Of a DNA stretch of 64,000 bases, positions 9,842 through 19,223 are shown piece after piece. The stretch lies in assembly GCA_963666315.2 (NCBI GenBank), contig CAXXHG010000047.1:32001-96000 (forward strand), in the 5' to 3' direction. The notes under the pieces were generated by a model that had not been told where the DNA came from, made no database searches, and was given only the letters and a program-made list of their open reading frames with translations. Both the position numbers and the translations under genes were made by a program. Position 1 is the first letter of the stretch, and the number at the start of each line of letters is the position of its first letter. This DNA is from Candidatus Binatia bacterium (lineage in GTDB: Bacteria > Desulfobacterota > Binatia > Bin18).

Positions 9842-10195
9842 TTACCCATCCCAGCCCCATTTTTGCTTATTGGCAGTGATTTCGTCCGAGGTTGGATGTT
9901 CTATCTTCTCGAGCTCGGCGACTTCGAAGTTATCCATGTCGTCGACCATCGCGTAGTTGAGTGGTGTATCCTCGGTAAAAACATCCGGCACCGCAACTTC
10001 CTCAAAAATAGCCTGCCATGGACATTCTGGTTCACATGCCCCGCAGTCAATACATTCGTCTGGGTGAATATAGAGCTGTTTGGGAAACCGTTCCGCATCT
10101 TCGCCCGTATATTTGTAGATACAGTCTACCGGACACACCGCCACACATCCTGTGTCAACACAATCCCGGCACAACCTGGTGATGATGTAGGTCAT
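9842..10195 (-). CDS. Dicluster (7Fe/8Fe, FdxA-like) ferredoxin
   Basis: MTYII...[17 protein letters not shown]...[30 protein letters not shown] supports the start at 10195. Confidence 0.93.
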   Translation of the reverse strand: MTYIITRLCRDCVDTGCVAVCPVDCIYKYTGEDAERFPKQLYIHPDECIDCGACEPECPWQAIFEEVAVPDVFTEDTPLNYAMVDDMDNFEVAELEKIEHPTSDEITANKQKWGWDG

Positions 10196-10372
10196 CGTCG
10201 TCCTCCTTGCTTCATATCCAACATGCTCTGTGTACGGAGAAAGACCGGTCAGCTCCGTGAGCCCCCCTGTGCTATCGCATCGCTTCAGGAAGGTCAATTC
10301 CGGATGGCAGGAAGAAAACCTGTGGGTTTTCGGCGAGAAGCTGCCTCCCTCAGAGGGAAGCCTGAGGGATCT

Positions 10373-11206
10373 CTAGGAGCCGTGGCGCTTGCCCACCGAA
10401 ATCTTGAGCTCGCTAATAATGAGCGGGCCACGGTGGGAAAAGAGAGTGATATCGTCCGGCAGTACAGTATCCTGAAGGTGCAGAATCAGACGCATGCGTT
10501 CGGCTTGTTCTCGGCTTATGGAGGTAGTGCGAGAATTGAGACGCGCGGCTAAGCTCGATTGGCTTCGGCCTGCGGGTTGCCTGGTTGCTATGGTTGCTTC
10601 GGAAAAAGAGTAGGTCTTTTCCGCCGTCCGAATAGAGATGAGATGCCGGAGCCGCTCATGTTGGCGTGAGTCCGTAAGATCGAAGACCAAGGTGTCTCCT
10701 TGCGGACTGATTTGTCGCGCCACAGTCCGCATCAAAGCATGGTCTTGTTCAACTGCGGACAAGTGCTGGTAAGCCAGAATCCAGGCACTCAGGGGGAGGG
10801 CGACGACCAGAAAGGTGACAACGGTCCTACGCGAGAACAGCAGTGGAACGGTGAGACGGCTGCCGAAGTCTTGTAGGACAAGGTAAATGCCGATCGGTAC
10901 GGCCACCGCTGCAACGCCCAGGCCGAAAACAGTTGGACCGCTCAAGCGTCCCTCTATACTCAGAACGATCAACGATAAAACTGAAAAGAGAACAGCCGTA
11001 AAGAAAGAAAACGTGAGGCGCTGAGCGAGGTTATCATACAAGACGAGGGATATGCTGATTGCCAGAACGAGTGCAAGGAAAGGGGCCAAAAGGAGACCGT
11101 CTCGGTATACGGTCCCAATAGACCACGAAATACTTGTTGCTCCAATTCCTCCCGCCGCCACCCCCCACCCCATCCCGAGGAGTCGAGTTGCGTTGCGCGT
11201 AGGCAT
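10373..11206 (-). CDS. Hypothetical membrane protein (about 5 TM plus soluble C-terminal domain)
   Basis: Long hydrophobic segments in the N-terminal half; no recognisable motif. Confidence 0.6.
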   Translation of the reverse strand: MPTRNATRLLGMGWGVAAGGIGATSISWSIGTVYRDGLLLAPFLALVLAISISLVLYDNLAQRLTFSFFTAVLFSVLSLIVLSIEGRLSGPTVFGLGVAAVAVPIGIYLVLQDFGSRLTVPLLFSRRTVVTFLVVALPLSAWILAYQHLSAVEQDHALMRTVARQISPQGDTLVFDLTDSRQHERLRHLISIRTAEKTYSFSEATIATRQPAGRSQSSLAARLNSRTTSISREQAERMRLILHLQDTVLPDDITLFSHRGPLIISELKISVGKRHGS

Positions 11207-11490
11207 TTCTTGTTGGCCTTCCTTGTTTCCATCCTAGTCTGGTTTTTACTGCCGACGCAAACATTACCATTTGGGAGTGGATTGCTGAGGAGTACCAAAA
11301 AAGACTATTGGAAGGCGCCTGTCTTTGGAAAAGAGGAAACGCATATACGGAAACCTACTCATGGCTTCCACACAAAAATATCCCATTACTGTTTTTCGTC
11401 CAGATGAAAGTCCAATTGCTCAAAACAGTGTAAAAACCACTCCCCCTACCGACTATAATCCCCAGCAAAATCAACACAGCTCTTTACGCC

Positions 11491-11520
11491 AAGTGCTCAA
11501 AACAGTTATTTTGAGCACTT
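11491..11520. repeat. Perfect 12-bp inverted repeat (terminator or REP-like)
   Basis: aagtgctcaaaa-cagtta-ttttgagcactt just downstream of the GFA gene. Partial direct copy tgctcaaaacagt at 11417-11429. Confidence 0.7.
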
Positions 11521-11537
11521 CAGAGCTGCACGGGACG

Positions 11538-11993
11538 TTAGCCTCCCGAGGCTAAGAGCGCCTGGACTTCCTCGTCCGTCGACCGGGTCTCGAATTGAGG
11601 GATATCTGGATGCAGGATATCCCACGGATGGGCACTGGACGTCCAGCCCTCCATCACAGGCTCCAGCCCGCTAGGGTCGTCCAGGCTGGCCACACTCAAC
11701 ATCCTGAACTCGGGAACCGCGTCAGCTTTGGCCCCGAGCGGCAACCCACAGTCAGGACAGAAGCTACGGTAGACGGTGTTCCCACTAAAGCCCTTGACGC
11801 CATAATACTTCGGCTCGCCTTTGGTAAAAGTCAGCGCTGGAACCGGGACCCACACATTGGTGGCAAAAGCGCTCCCAGAGGCCCGTTGGCAATCCTGACA
11901 ATGGCATTTCACCATAAACAGAGGCGCCGCTGAACGTTCATAGCGAATCGCCCCACAGCCGCAACCGCCAGTGAATGGAACAGAGATAGCCAT
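11538..11993 (-). CDS. GFA/CENP-V family zinc protein
   Basis: TGGCGCGAIRY, CHCQDCQR, RSFCPDCG. Confidence 0.92.
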   Translation of the reverse strand: MAISVPFTGGCGCGAIRYERSAAPLFMVKCHCQDCQRASGSAFATNVWVPVPALTFTKGEPKYYGVKGFSGNTVYRSFCPDCGLPLGAKADAVPEFRMLSVASLDDPSGLEPVMEGWTSSAHPWDILHPDIPQFETRSTDEEVQALLASGG

Positions 11994-12080
11994 TAGCGAA
12001 TCCTCCTCTTTGTTCTCGCCGTATCACTTTGGGCTGCGCGAAAAAAGAGTTTGGGGTTGCCGTAGTCGGTCGATACATGC

Positions 12081-12945
12081 TCAAATGAACTCGCGAATCA
12101 AATTCCGACGAAGCTATTCCAGATTCTTCGCGAAATCCGGACCACCCTCGGTGGAGAAGACCGCTGTGGTGATGCCTGCATCAATAAGGTCCGCGAGCTT
12201 CTCCCGGCATCGTTGCGGACTGCCGGCCAGGGTGAGCCCATCTACCATGGCCGCACTCACCATGTCGGGTCGCACCTCACCGTGCGCGTAGCTCTGGCGA
12301 ATCACGCTGACGTCCTTGGGAGTGAGGCCGAAGTTTGTGAATATCGGCAGTTCCGGCTGATTCGCAAACGAGCCGAGGACCGTCGTAATCAATGGCTTGA
12401 TGGATTCGCGAGCCGCCTGGTCATCATCTGCGACCGCCGTGAAAATGAAGGAGCTGTAGTCGAAGTCGGAGAGGTTGCGGCCAGCCCGCTCGCCTCCGAT
12501 GCGAATGCGCTCAATGGCCCGGCTAACTGCCTCTGCTCCGAAGCCGAAGGGCAGCCATCCATCAGCAACCTCGCCCGTGAGTTCCAGCGTCTTGGGGGAG
12601 GTTGCGCCCAGATAGATGGGCACCTCAGCGCGGAGCGGCTCCAAATAGAAGCGCATGCCCGCACCAGCGCGAAAAACACGGCCCTGATATTCCACCTGCT
12701 CCTCAATCCACAGCCTGACACTTGCGCCAAGGCCAAGGATGGCGCGCCCACCGGAGAGCTGGTCGAGCGCGGCCAGTTCCATCGCAATGAGCACGGGGTG
12801 ACGCGTGAAGGGATTAATGACGCCAGTGCCGATTTTGATTGTGCTGGTCGTAGCCGCGATAGCGGCACAGGAGCTGAAGGCTCCCGGAAAGGCATAGTCC
12901 TCCGGCACCCCGAAACTGTTGAAGCCCAACTGCTCAAAACAGTAC
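12081..12945 (-). pseudogene. Degraded LLM-class flavin/F420-dependent oxidoreductase (Mer-like)
   Basis: IKIGTGVINPFTRHP and GGRAILGLG motifs are present. No proper N-terminus, an apparent internal deletion (WIEEQ joined directly to VEYQG), and a TAG at 12114-12116 shortly before a plausible natural end (LRRNLIREFI*). Confidence 0.7.
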
Positions 12946-12999
12946 AAAACTCCCCTCCGCCAACGCCCATAATCCACAGTAAACTCAAGACTACTCTTT

Positions 13000-15165
13000 T
13001 CACCTGCATGGGCCGTGCGCACGATGATAGTCGGTCACGAGACAGAGGGCGCGCGCTGCCCGCTCGTGTGTGGGCATGGTAGCGATCCTACGTGCATGAA
13101 ATTGAGAACGCGCTTCAAGGAGTTCCGCTTCGCGGGCAAAAGGTTGGAGTACAACGAAAAAGGGTTTGGCTGAACGTGCCGCAAAACCACTCAGAGTATC
13201 TAACAAAGAGGTGAGTATCTCAGGTCGCGCTTGCCATTGTCCGGCAACCAAACCGGCCCCGGTATCCATAACTATAGCGTCAATATTGGGATCACGATCA
13301 AGGATGGACAGGAGTCGAGCCAGGGTGTCTGTCATCTGGCCCATGCCGATGGTATGGCCGGAGTCGAGTGGATTACGAAAACTACCGCCTATCACACTAA
13401 AGAACGAAGAGAGTTCTTTGTAGGACGTGTCGCTGAGGAGGGGGACGCGCAGGCCCGCGTGCTCAAACGCATCCGTCATAGTCACCGACGGCCCGCCGGT
13501 CATGGCAACCAGGCCGACCCCATCTCCGGTTGTGGGGTTTACAAACTGCAGGAGCTTGATGACGTCGAGCAGTTCATCAAAACTGCCGGCGGGAATCGCG
13601 CCGGCCTGACGGACCATAGCGTTCCACACTGCAGCGGGGACTGCCAGCGAGCCCGTGTGGGATGAGATCGCCCGCTGGCCGGCTTCGCTCTGCCCGCCTT
13701 TCCAAACCACAACAGGCTTTTTGGGCGTGACCTGTCGCAGCAAAGAGAAAAAACGGCGGCCTGCGCGTATGCCTTCGAGATACATGCCAATGATCCGGGT
13801 CTCTTCGTCATGGGCGAGATAATCGAGGTAATCACTCGCGTCGAGGACTGCGGCATTCCCAAAGCTGACAGCTTTACTAATCTTGAGTCCGTGGTTGGGG
13901 GCGGCCAGGCTAAAGGTGATGGTATGCGTACCGCTCTGACCAATAAAGCCGACCGTGCCGGGCTCGCCGGCCGGCAAGTCTGGATAATTGCGTAACCCGA
14001 TCTTGGGATTATAGAGTCCCATACAGTTCGGGCCGATGAGGGCGAGTCCGGCTTCCTGCGCTGTCTGGGTGACCAGCTGTTCCAGGCGTTGCCCCTCTTC
14101 ATCTTTTACTTCAGAGAAACCGGAGGTAAAGAGCATCACGCCAGAGACCTTTTTGGCTGCACAGTCGGCTACTATCCGAGGCGCAATCTGGCGTGGGACT
14201 GCAGTCATGACATAGTCAATGTCTTCCGGGATGGCATCCAAGCTTGGATAATTATCGATCCCTAAAGCCGTGATGCCGGGGATTTCACGCTCATCGATCT
14301 GTACCGAATAGACCTTGCCTTGGAAGGTGCTCTGGCTGCGCAGCCACAGGTAATTCATCGCGCGTTTATCGCCAATTACGGCAACCGCTTTGGGGTTAAA
14401 CGCCCGGTCCAACGAGGCCCGCGTTGTTGCAGAGAGCGGACGAGGAGCAGCCAGCGGCCCTGTAGAACGAATAACGACCCGCGCATCAACGGCGAGGCAG
14501 CCGTCGGCATAGGCGAAAATGGGATTAAGGTCGAGTTCCTGAACATCGGGCTGGGCTTCGGCCAAGGCCGAAAGCGCGAGCAGAGTCTGTTCCAAGGCGG
14601 TGAGGTCAACGGCGGCTTGGCCACGATGTCCGGTTAACGACGGGAGTCCGGTGACCTCACGAATCATTGTACGGGCATCGTATTGGTTGAGTGGAACTAA
14701 ACGAAAGGCGACATCCTTGAGAACCTCTACATGTACACCGCCCAAGCCGAACATCACGAGTGGGCCGAACTGTGCATCAGTCGTCAGACCGATGATGACT
14801 TCGACCCCAGGCTGGGCCATGGGCTGAACGGATACACCGTCGAGGATCGCGTTGGGTTGCGCTTTTTGCACGCTCTGCGTGATTGCAGCAAATCCGTCGC
14901 GGACCACATCCTCTGAAGTCAGATTCAGTTGAACACCGCCCACATCGCTCTTATGCGCAACGTCAGGTGAGCAGACTTTGAGCGCCACAGGGAACCCCAC
15001 GTCGCGGGCTATCGATATCGCCTCTTCTGCCGTCCGCGCCAACTCCGTGCGCACAACGGATATGCCTGCCGCTTGAACGAGCGCCTTCGCTTCGACTTCG
15101 GTGAGCAAGGTGCGACCCCGAGCCTTTGTCTGTTGAATGAGCGCGTATACGTCGGTGTTGGCCAT
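13000..15165 (-). CDS. ADP-forming acetate/acyl-CoA ligase, fused beta(ATP-grasp)-alpha(CoA-binding) order
   Basis: HKSDVGGV, FGPLVMFGLGG, ELDLNP, then GPNCMG, QSG, SFGN, SHTGSLA (phospho-His motif). Confidence 0.92.
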   Translation of the reverse strand: MANTDVYALIQQTKARGRTLLTEVEAKALVQAAGISVVRTELARTAEEAISIARDVGFPVALKVCSPDVAHKSDVGGVQLNLTSEDVVRDGFAAITQSVQKAQPNAILDGVSVQPMAQPGVEVIIGLTTDAQFGPLVMFGLGGVHVEVLKDVAFRLVPLNQYDARTMIREVTGLPSLTGHRGQAAVDLTALEQTLLALSALAEAQPDVQELDLNPIFAYADGCLAVDARVVIRSTGPLAAPRPLSATTRASLDRAFNPKAVAVIGDKRAMNYLWLRSQSTFQGKVYSVQIDEREIPGITALGIDNYPSLDAIPEDIDYVMTAVPRQIAPRIVADCAAKKVSGVMLFTSGFSEVKDEEGQRLEQLVTQTAQEAGLALIGPNCMGLYNPKIGLRNYPDLPAGEPGTVGFIGQSGTHTITFSLAAPNHGLKISKAVSFGNAAVLDASDYLDYLAHDEETRIIGMYLEGIRAGRRFFSLLRQVTPKKPVVVWKGGQSEAGQRAISSHTGSLAVPAAVWNAMVRQAGAIPAGSFDELLDVIKLLQFVNPTTGDGVGLVAMTGGPSVTMTDAFEHAGLRVPLLSDTSYKELSSFFSVIGGSFRNPLDSGHTIGMGQMTDTLARLLSILDRDPNIDAIVMDTGAGLVAGQWQARPEILTSLLDTLSGFAARSAKPFFVVLQPFAREAELLEARSQFHARRIATMPTHERAARALCLVTDYHRAHGPCR

Positions 15166-15237
15166 AGTTATCCCTCCTCATACGGTCGAGCCCCTTTTAT
15201 CCGAGTGTGTGTTGACGAGCAATCTTATAGGTGTGGA

Positions 15238-15423
15238 GTTGAGATGTTTGGTTGCGCTCAACATGACACCGTGAAACCGTTATTTGGATAGCCTCGTAGA
15301 GAGAGAACGGGGCCAGAGTACTCTGTCAGGGGTCACGTGAGAGGTCTGTCATGCTGAGCCGGCGCCCTCCAACTGCGCTCAGGACGAAGAGATTCTTCGT
15401 CGCATGGCTCCTCAGAATGGCAC
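15238..15423. repeat. Degenerate REP/BIME-like repeats (gtcatgctgag...gagattcttcg...ctcagaatg family)
   Basis: gagatgtttggttgcgctcaacatgac and gtcatgctgagc...gagattcttcgtcgc...ctcagaatggca. Related to 47397-47493 and 51043-51097. Confidence 0.6.
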
Positions 15424-15441
15424 GTATCGAAAGTGGCGACG

Positions 15442-16116
15442 CTATGTTAATTTTTGCTCGACCTGTTTCCGCAAGGCGTCGATTTCGTCACGCAAGGTTT
15501 GGAGCTGCGTAGCGAGTGTCCCCTCGACCGCTTCTTGAACAAACTTCTCAATATATTTGCCCTGCATATCGCCTTCGATATTGACCCGATCGCCAGGTTT
15601 TCTGCGATGCAGTGTGGTGACTTCGTGGGTGTGGGGAATAATCGCGCAGGTAAATTCCGTGGGCTTGCAGTGAAACACCGTCAAGCTGATACCATCCACT
15701 GCCACTGAGCCTTTTTCTACAAGATAGCGGCTTAATTCGGTCGGAATAACAAAGGTATAAAGAAACGAATCGCCTTCCGGCTGGATGGATTGGACCTGGC
15801 CGACTCCATCAACATGCCCGAATACCAGATGGCCCGACAGCCGGTCATCAAGACGGAGCGAACGTTCCAGGTTGACGTTATCGCCGATGTGTAAGTCACC
15901 CAAATTGGTACGCCGCAGTGACTCAGCTGATACATCAAAGCTCAGTTCACCCTCGCCTGTGCGCGTCACCGTGAGACAGGTGCCGTTGGTGCAGATGCTC
16001 TCGCCTATGCTGACTTCTTGGCCCGGAATACTCGCTCGCAGTGTCAGACGTACACCCTCGACGATAGTGTCAATCTTAGTGATCGTCCCTGTGGTTTCGA
16101 TAACGCCACTAAACAT
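15442..16116 (-). CDS. ribE: Riboflavin synthase alpha chain
   Basis: MFSGVIE (MFTG-like), ESICTNGTCLTV, VNLERSL, GHLVFGHVDG, KGSVAVDGISLTV, IIPHT. Confidence 0.96.
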   Translation of the reverse strand: MFSGVIETTGTITKIDTIVEGVRLTLRASIPGQEVSIGESICTNGTCLTVTRTGEGELSFDVSAESLRRTNLGDLHIGDNVNLERSLRLDDRLSGHLVFGHVDGVGQVQSIQPEGDSFLYTFVIPTELSRYLVEKGSVAVDGISLTVFHCKPTEFTCAIIPHTHEVTTLHRRKPGDRVNIEGDMQGKYIEKFVQEAVEGTLATQLQTLRDEIDALRKQVEQKLT

Positions 16117-16124
16117 AATGCCTC

Positions 16125-16220
16125 GGAGGGATTGGGGGCTGGGGGAAAGATTCAGGTAAGAAAAGCTTAACGGCCCCTCCTTTTTATCAGACCCCTAATC
16201 CCTATTCCCCAGCCCCTTTT
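16125..16220. repeat. Heptamer tandem arms forming an inverted repeat
   Basis: gggattgggggctggggga ... cccctaatccctattccccagcccc. Confidence 0.5.
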
Positions 16221-16221
16221 C

Positions 16222-16830
16222 CTAACCTGCAGCTTGGACGCTAGGTCGTTCTTTGAGCCGGCTGAGCCATGCTTCAAGTTTAGGGTGCGGGATTTCAACC
16301 TTCAGCGTGGGAAAGAGTAGAGCCCAGGAAACATACGGAATGTCCGCCATGGTAAACGTTGAGTCGAGCAGATAGTCGTTATTTCCCAGCTCGTTGGCAA
16401 TGTGATTAAAACAGGCATGCAGGTCTGCCGCTGCAGTGTTGACGACTTCCTGGTCAGCCGTAACGCCTTGCATGGGTTTGAGCAGCAGCTCTCCGACCAG
16501 CGTTGTAACTGCGCTTTCATAGGGATTATCGCCGTAATGCATCAGAACCCGTGCACGCGCCCGCTGTCCCGAATCTGCGGGGAGCAGCGCTGGGTCTGGG
16601 TAGGCGTCGTTCAAATATTCCATGATGACGGTGGACTCGTAGACTGTTGTTCCGTTGTCTTGCAGTGCTGGAACTTTTCCGTACGGATTGATAGCCAAAT
16701 ACTCCGGCGTTTTCTGCTCGCCCTTGGTGATATCAATACTGATTTTTTCGTACTGGAGGCCTTTCTCTGCGAGCACGATGCGGACCTTGCGTACTCGTGG
16801 CGATAGAGGGAAATCATACAGCTTCATCAT
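16222..16830 (-). CDS. Glutathione S-transferase
   Basis: SPRVRKVRI, EYLAINPYGKVPAL, YESTVIMEYL, FTMADI. Confidence 0.93.
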   Translation of the reverse strand: MMKLYDFPLSPRVRKVRIVLAEKGLQYEKISIDITKGEQKTPEYLAINPYGKVPALQDNGTTVYESTVIMEYLNDAYPDPALLPADSGQRARARVLMHYGDNPYESAVTTLVGELLLKPMQGVTADQEVVNTAAADLHACFNHIANELGNNDYLLDSTFTMADIPYVSWALLFPTLKVEIPHPKLEAWLSRLKERPSVQAAG

Positions 16831-16985
16831 TCGGTGTCCTCCAATGACGGCCCTTGGTTCGCTTTTTCTTGTTCCTTTTTCTTGAGTTTTTCGAGCAGCT
16901 CGCGATCTCGTTTGGCAAAGTATTGATCTTCGTCAGCTTTGCCCTTGTCCCGAATTTTATTGCTGAGGTGGTCCTTATCGTCCAT
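16827..16985 (-). CDS. 52-aa IF1/IATP-like helical protein (internal start inside the PGPGW ORF)
   Basis: AGGAG 7 nt upstream of ATG 16985. MDDKDHLSNKIRDKGKADEDQYFAKRDRELLEKLKKK resembles the IF1 inhibitory motif AEEERYF...EQLAALK. Confidence 0.6.
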   Translation of the reverse strand: MDDKDHLSNKIRDKGKADEDQYFAKRDRELLEKLKKKEQEKANQGPSLEDTE

Positions 16986-17261
16986 CAGTTTACTCCTGCT
17001 ACCCTGCTGCTCCTGCTGTTTTTTTGACTTTAGACGGTTCATAAGACGGTTCATAAAATCCTGGGCCTTTTGTTTCAGAAAAATGTGCCACCTGACTGCC
17101 CATTTGAAATCTCGACTGAGAATCCCAAAACTCAAAACAACCAGCACAATGCCCGGACCAGGAACGCCAGGCAGGCTGAGAAAGAGGCCGGCAAGGAGGA
17201 GTAGGAATCCAGCGCCGATCCGGCATATGCGCCAGAGCTGACCGCGTGCTGTACGCAGCAT
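16827..17261 (-). CDS. PGPGW-family small membrane protein, read in frame into the IF1-like domain
   Basis: GFLLLLAGLFLSLPGVPGPGIVLVVLSFGILSRDFKWA. Confidence 0.75.
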   Translation of the reverse strand: MLRTARGQLWRICRIGAGFLLLLAGLFLSLPGVPGPGIVLVVLSFGILSRDFKWAVRWHIFLKQKAQDFMNRLMNRLKSKKQQEQQGSRSKLMDDKDHLSNKIRDKGKADEDQYFAKRDRELLEKLKKKEQEKANQGPSLEDTE

Positions 17262-17294
17262 ATTCAGTCAACCTCAGAGTCGGGTCGAGACAGG

Positions 17295-17630
17295 CTAGAG
17301 GTCGTCAAGAATTTTCCCACTGCGTGCTTTATCCACCGTCTCATCAAATTGTGAGCCGAGATCAACACCCATTTCTTTGGCCCGTTTTTTTGCCCACAGG
17401 CCAACGTTGCGAGAGTCGCGATAAAATGATTCATCCCGCGGAGCACCGGTGTCAAAGGCATTGAGCCGCGCAGCTTCGCCTTGGTGGTATGCAAAACGCG
17501 ATAACAGACGGGTCAAGCGACGACGTTTACAGGACTGACACCGGGGAGACGTTTCAACGTCCGCGCGCTTCATAAAGAGCAGACTTTGCTGCCTCCCACA
17601 CGCTTTACAGTAGTATTCGTAGATCGGCAT
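17295..17630 (-). CDS. FmdB-family zinc-ribbon protein
   Basis: MPIYEYYCKACG...CQSC...RLLSRF. Confidence 0.88.
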   Translation of the reverse strand: MPIYEYYCKACGRQQSLLFMKRADVETSPRCQSCKRRRLTRLLSRFAYHQGEAARLNAFDTGAPRDESFYRDSRNVGLWAKKRAKEMGVDLGSQFDETVDKARSGKILDDL

Positions 17631-17748
17631 GGTACACACACGGCACTCATTTTCCCCTATCACACCTTCTCCAGAGGTGCTATAGAGAAAACGTCTCTCA
17701 CCTTTCTTAAGAAGTGGACGCAGCTGCTGAGGGTCGCGGAGATAGACT

Positions 17749-18531
17749 ATGCGAGTGAGGGAATCCCTGAGCTGGGTCAGGAGAATGCGCTACCTCGACG
17801 GCGACCAACAGTTTCCACATTTCCCCTGGATGAATTTGGCTCTGGTTGGGATCAATCTGGGCTGTTTCGCCTATGAACTCAGTCTCGGGCCAGCGCTGCA
17901 GCCTTTCCTGACAACCTATGGCTGGATCCCGGAGCAATTTTCTCGCGCCCTCACTCATGGACACATCCCAGTCCTCAGCCCGCTTCTAGTCAGTACCTTC
18001 CTGCACGGTGGCTGGCTTCATTTGCTGGGTAATTTGGTGTGTTTGCTCATCCTTGGGGGAGATGTAGAGCAGCGGCTGGGTGCTGTTCGATACCTGGGCT
18101 TGTATATATGTGGCAGTCTGGTTGCCTTATTGAGCCAGACGGCTGTCGCTCCGTTCTCACCCATGCCGATGATAGGCTCTAGCGGGGCTATTGCCGCAGT
18201 GGCGGGCACCTACTGCATATTCTTTTTTACGCTACAGGACTTTCGAGTTACCCCGCGCCTCTTGTCTGGGCGCATAGAGCGGATCCCTGCCCTGCTTTTC
18301 CTGGTTGGGTGGTTTCTCTTTCATCTGCTTGCCGGTGTCTATGCGCATGCCGTTGATATGGCGCCCTCGTCGTTCTTCGCCCGCGTCGCCTGGGGAGCCC
18401 ATGTAGGCGGTTTCCTGGGTGGCATGCTCTTAGGCCCGCTGCTGTTGGTGCATCAGGCCCGCCGGCGTCGTGGCCCCGTTTTCGGTGACTCACCGCTTGT
18501 GTTTGGTCGACCGAAGTTCCTCCTCCGCTAA
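17749..18531 (+). CDS. Rhomboid intramembrane serine protease
   Basis: FLHGGWLHLLGN, catalytic GSSG and AHVGGF. Confidence 0.92.
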   Translation: MRVRESLSWVRRMRYLDGDQQFPHFPWMNLALVGINLGCFAYELSLGPALQPFLTTYGWIPEQFSRALTHGHIPVLSPLLVSTFLHGGWLHLLGNLVCLLILGGDVEQRLGAVRYLGLYICGSLVALLSQTAVAPFSPMPMIGSSGAIAAVAGTYCIFFFTLQDFRVTPRLLSGRIERIPALLFLVGWFLFHLLAGVYAHAVDMAPSSFFARVAWGAHVGGFLGGMLLGPLLLVHQARRRRGPVFGDSPLVFGRPKFLLR

Positions 18532-18649
18532 CATGCGGTAGCACGCGGTAACATGCAGTGACATGAAAGAACGCCAGAGTCGATTCTGCGGCTAGGGCGG
18601 TGCGTATCGCATGCCCGAATCTGGCGAGGGGAATGAGTTCTTCAGTTCG

Positions 18650-19138
18650 TCAGTTCAATTGGGCAGACAGCGCCGCAAGGGTACGTCGTGCGGTAAGCGA
18701 GCGGGGTTCGACTTCCAGGGCCCGACCAAATTCACGCGCCGCTGTGAGCAGATCCCCTTTTGCAAGAGCAATCCGACCGAGGTTGAGGTGTGGATAGTGA
18801 CGGCTCTCATAATGCGTTGCCGTGAGGGCACGCTCTAGCCACGGCACGGCGTCGTCAAGCTTCCCCATCCTCATCAGGTAGAGGCCAATATCATTATACG
18901 GATTCCCAAATTCAGGATCGATCGCAATAGCATGCCGACACTCTTCAATTGCGTTTTCGTACCGCTGCAGGAAACCATATGTCCAACCCAGGAAGGTATG
19001 GGCTTCGGCAGTCGGATGGAGTTGGACCGACTCCTGATAGCAACGCATTGCGTCTCCCAACTCTCCCTGCAGCTGCGCTTGGTGTCCTTTTCGAAAAAGT
19101 TCCGAAGCTTTTTTCGTCCGTTCTTTTGTTGTTTCCAT
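18650..19138 (-). CDS. Tetratricopeptide repeat protein
   Basis: PTAEAHTFLGW, AIAIDPEFGNPYNDIG, PHLNLG. Confidence 0.88.
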   Translation of the reverse strand: METTKERTKKASELFRKGHQAQLQGELGDAMRCYQESVQLHPTAEAHTFLGWTYGFLQRYENAIEECRHAIAIDPEFGNPYNDIGLYLMRMGKLDDAVPWLERALTATHYESRHYPHLNLGRIALAKGDLLTAAREFGRALEVEPRSLTARRTLAALSAQLN

Positions 19139-19223
19139 ACGCTGTACTCCAGTTATCTGGGTTACGGGCAGTTACCTGCGTTACAGAAAAGATGCGTATG
19201 ATTCTTGAGATGTCAAGTCGAGG

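Noticed and set aside
12213-13082. 289-aa plus-strand ORF
   Set aside because: Antisense shadow of the LLM pseudogene; no motifs
16117-16221. FMN riboswitch upstream of ribE
   Set aside because: The gap is only about 105 bp, consists of heptamer arms, and lacks the conserved RFN sequence blocks
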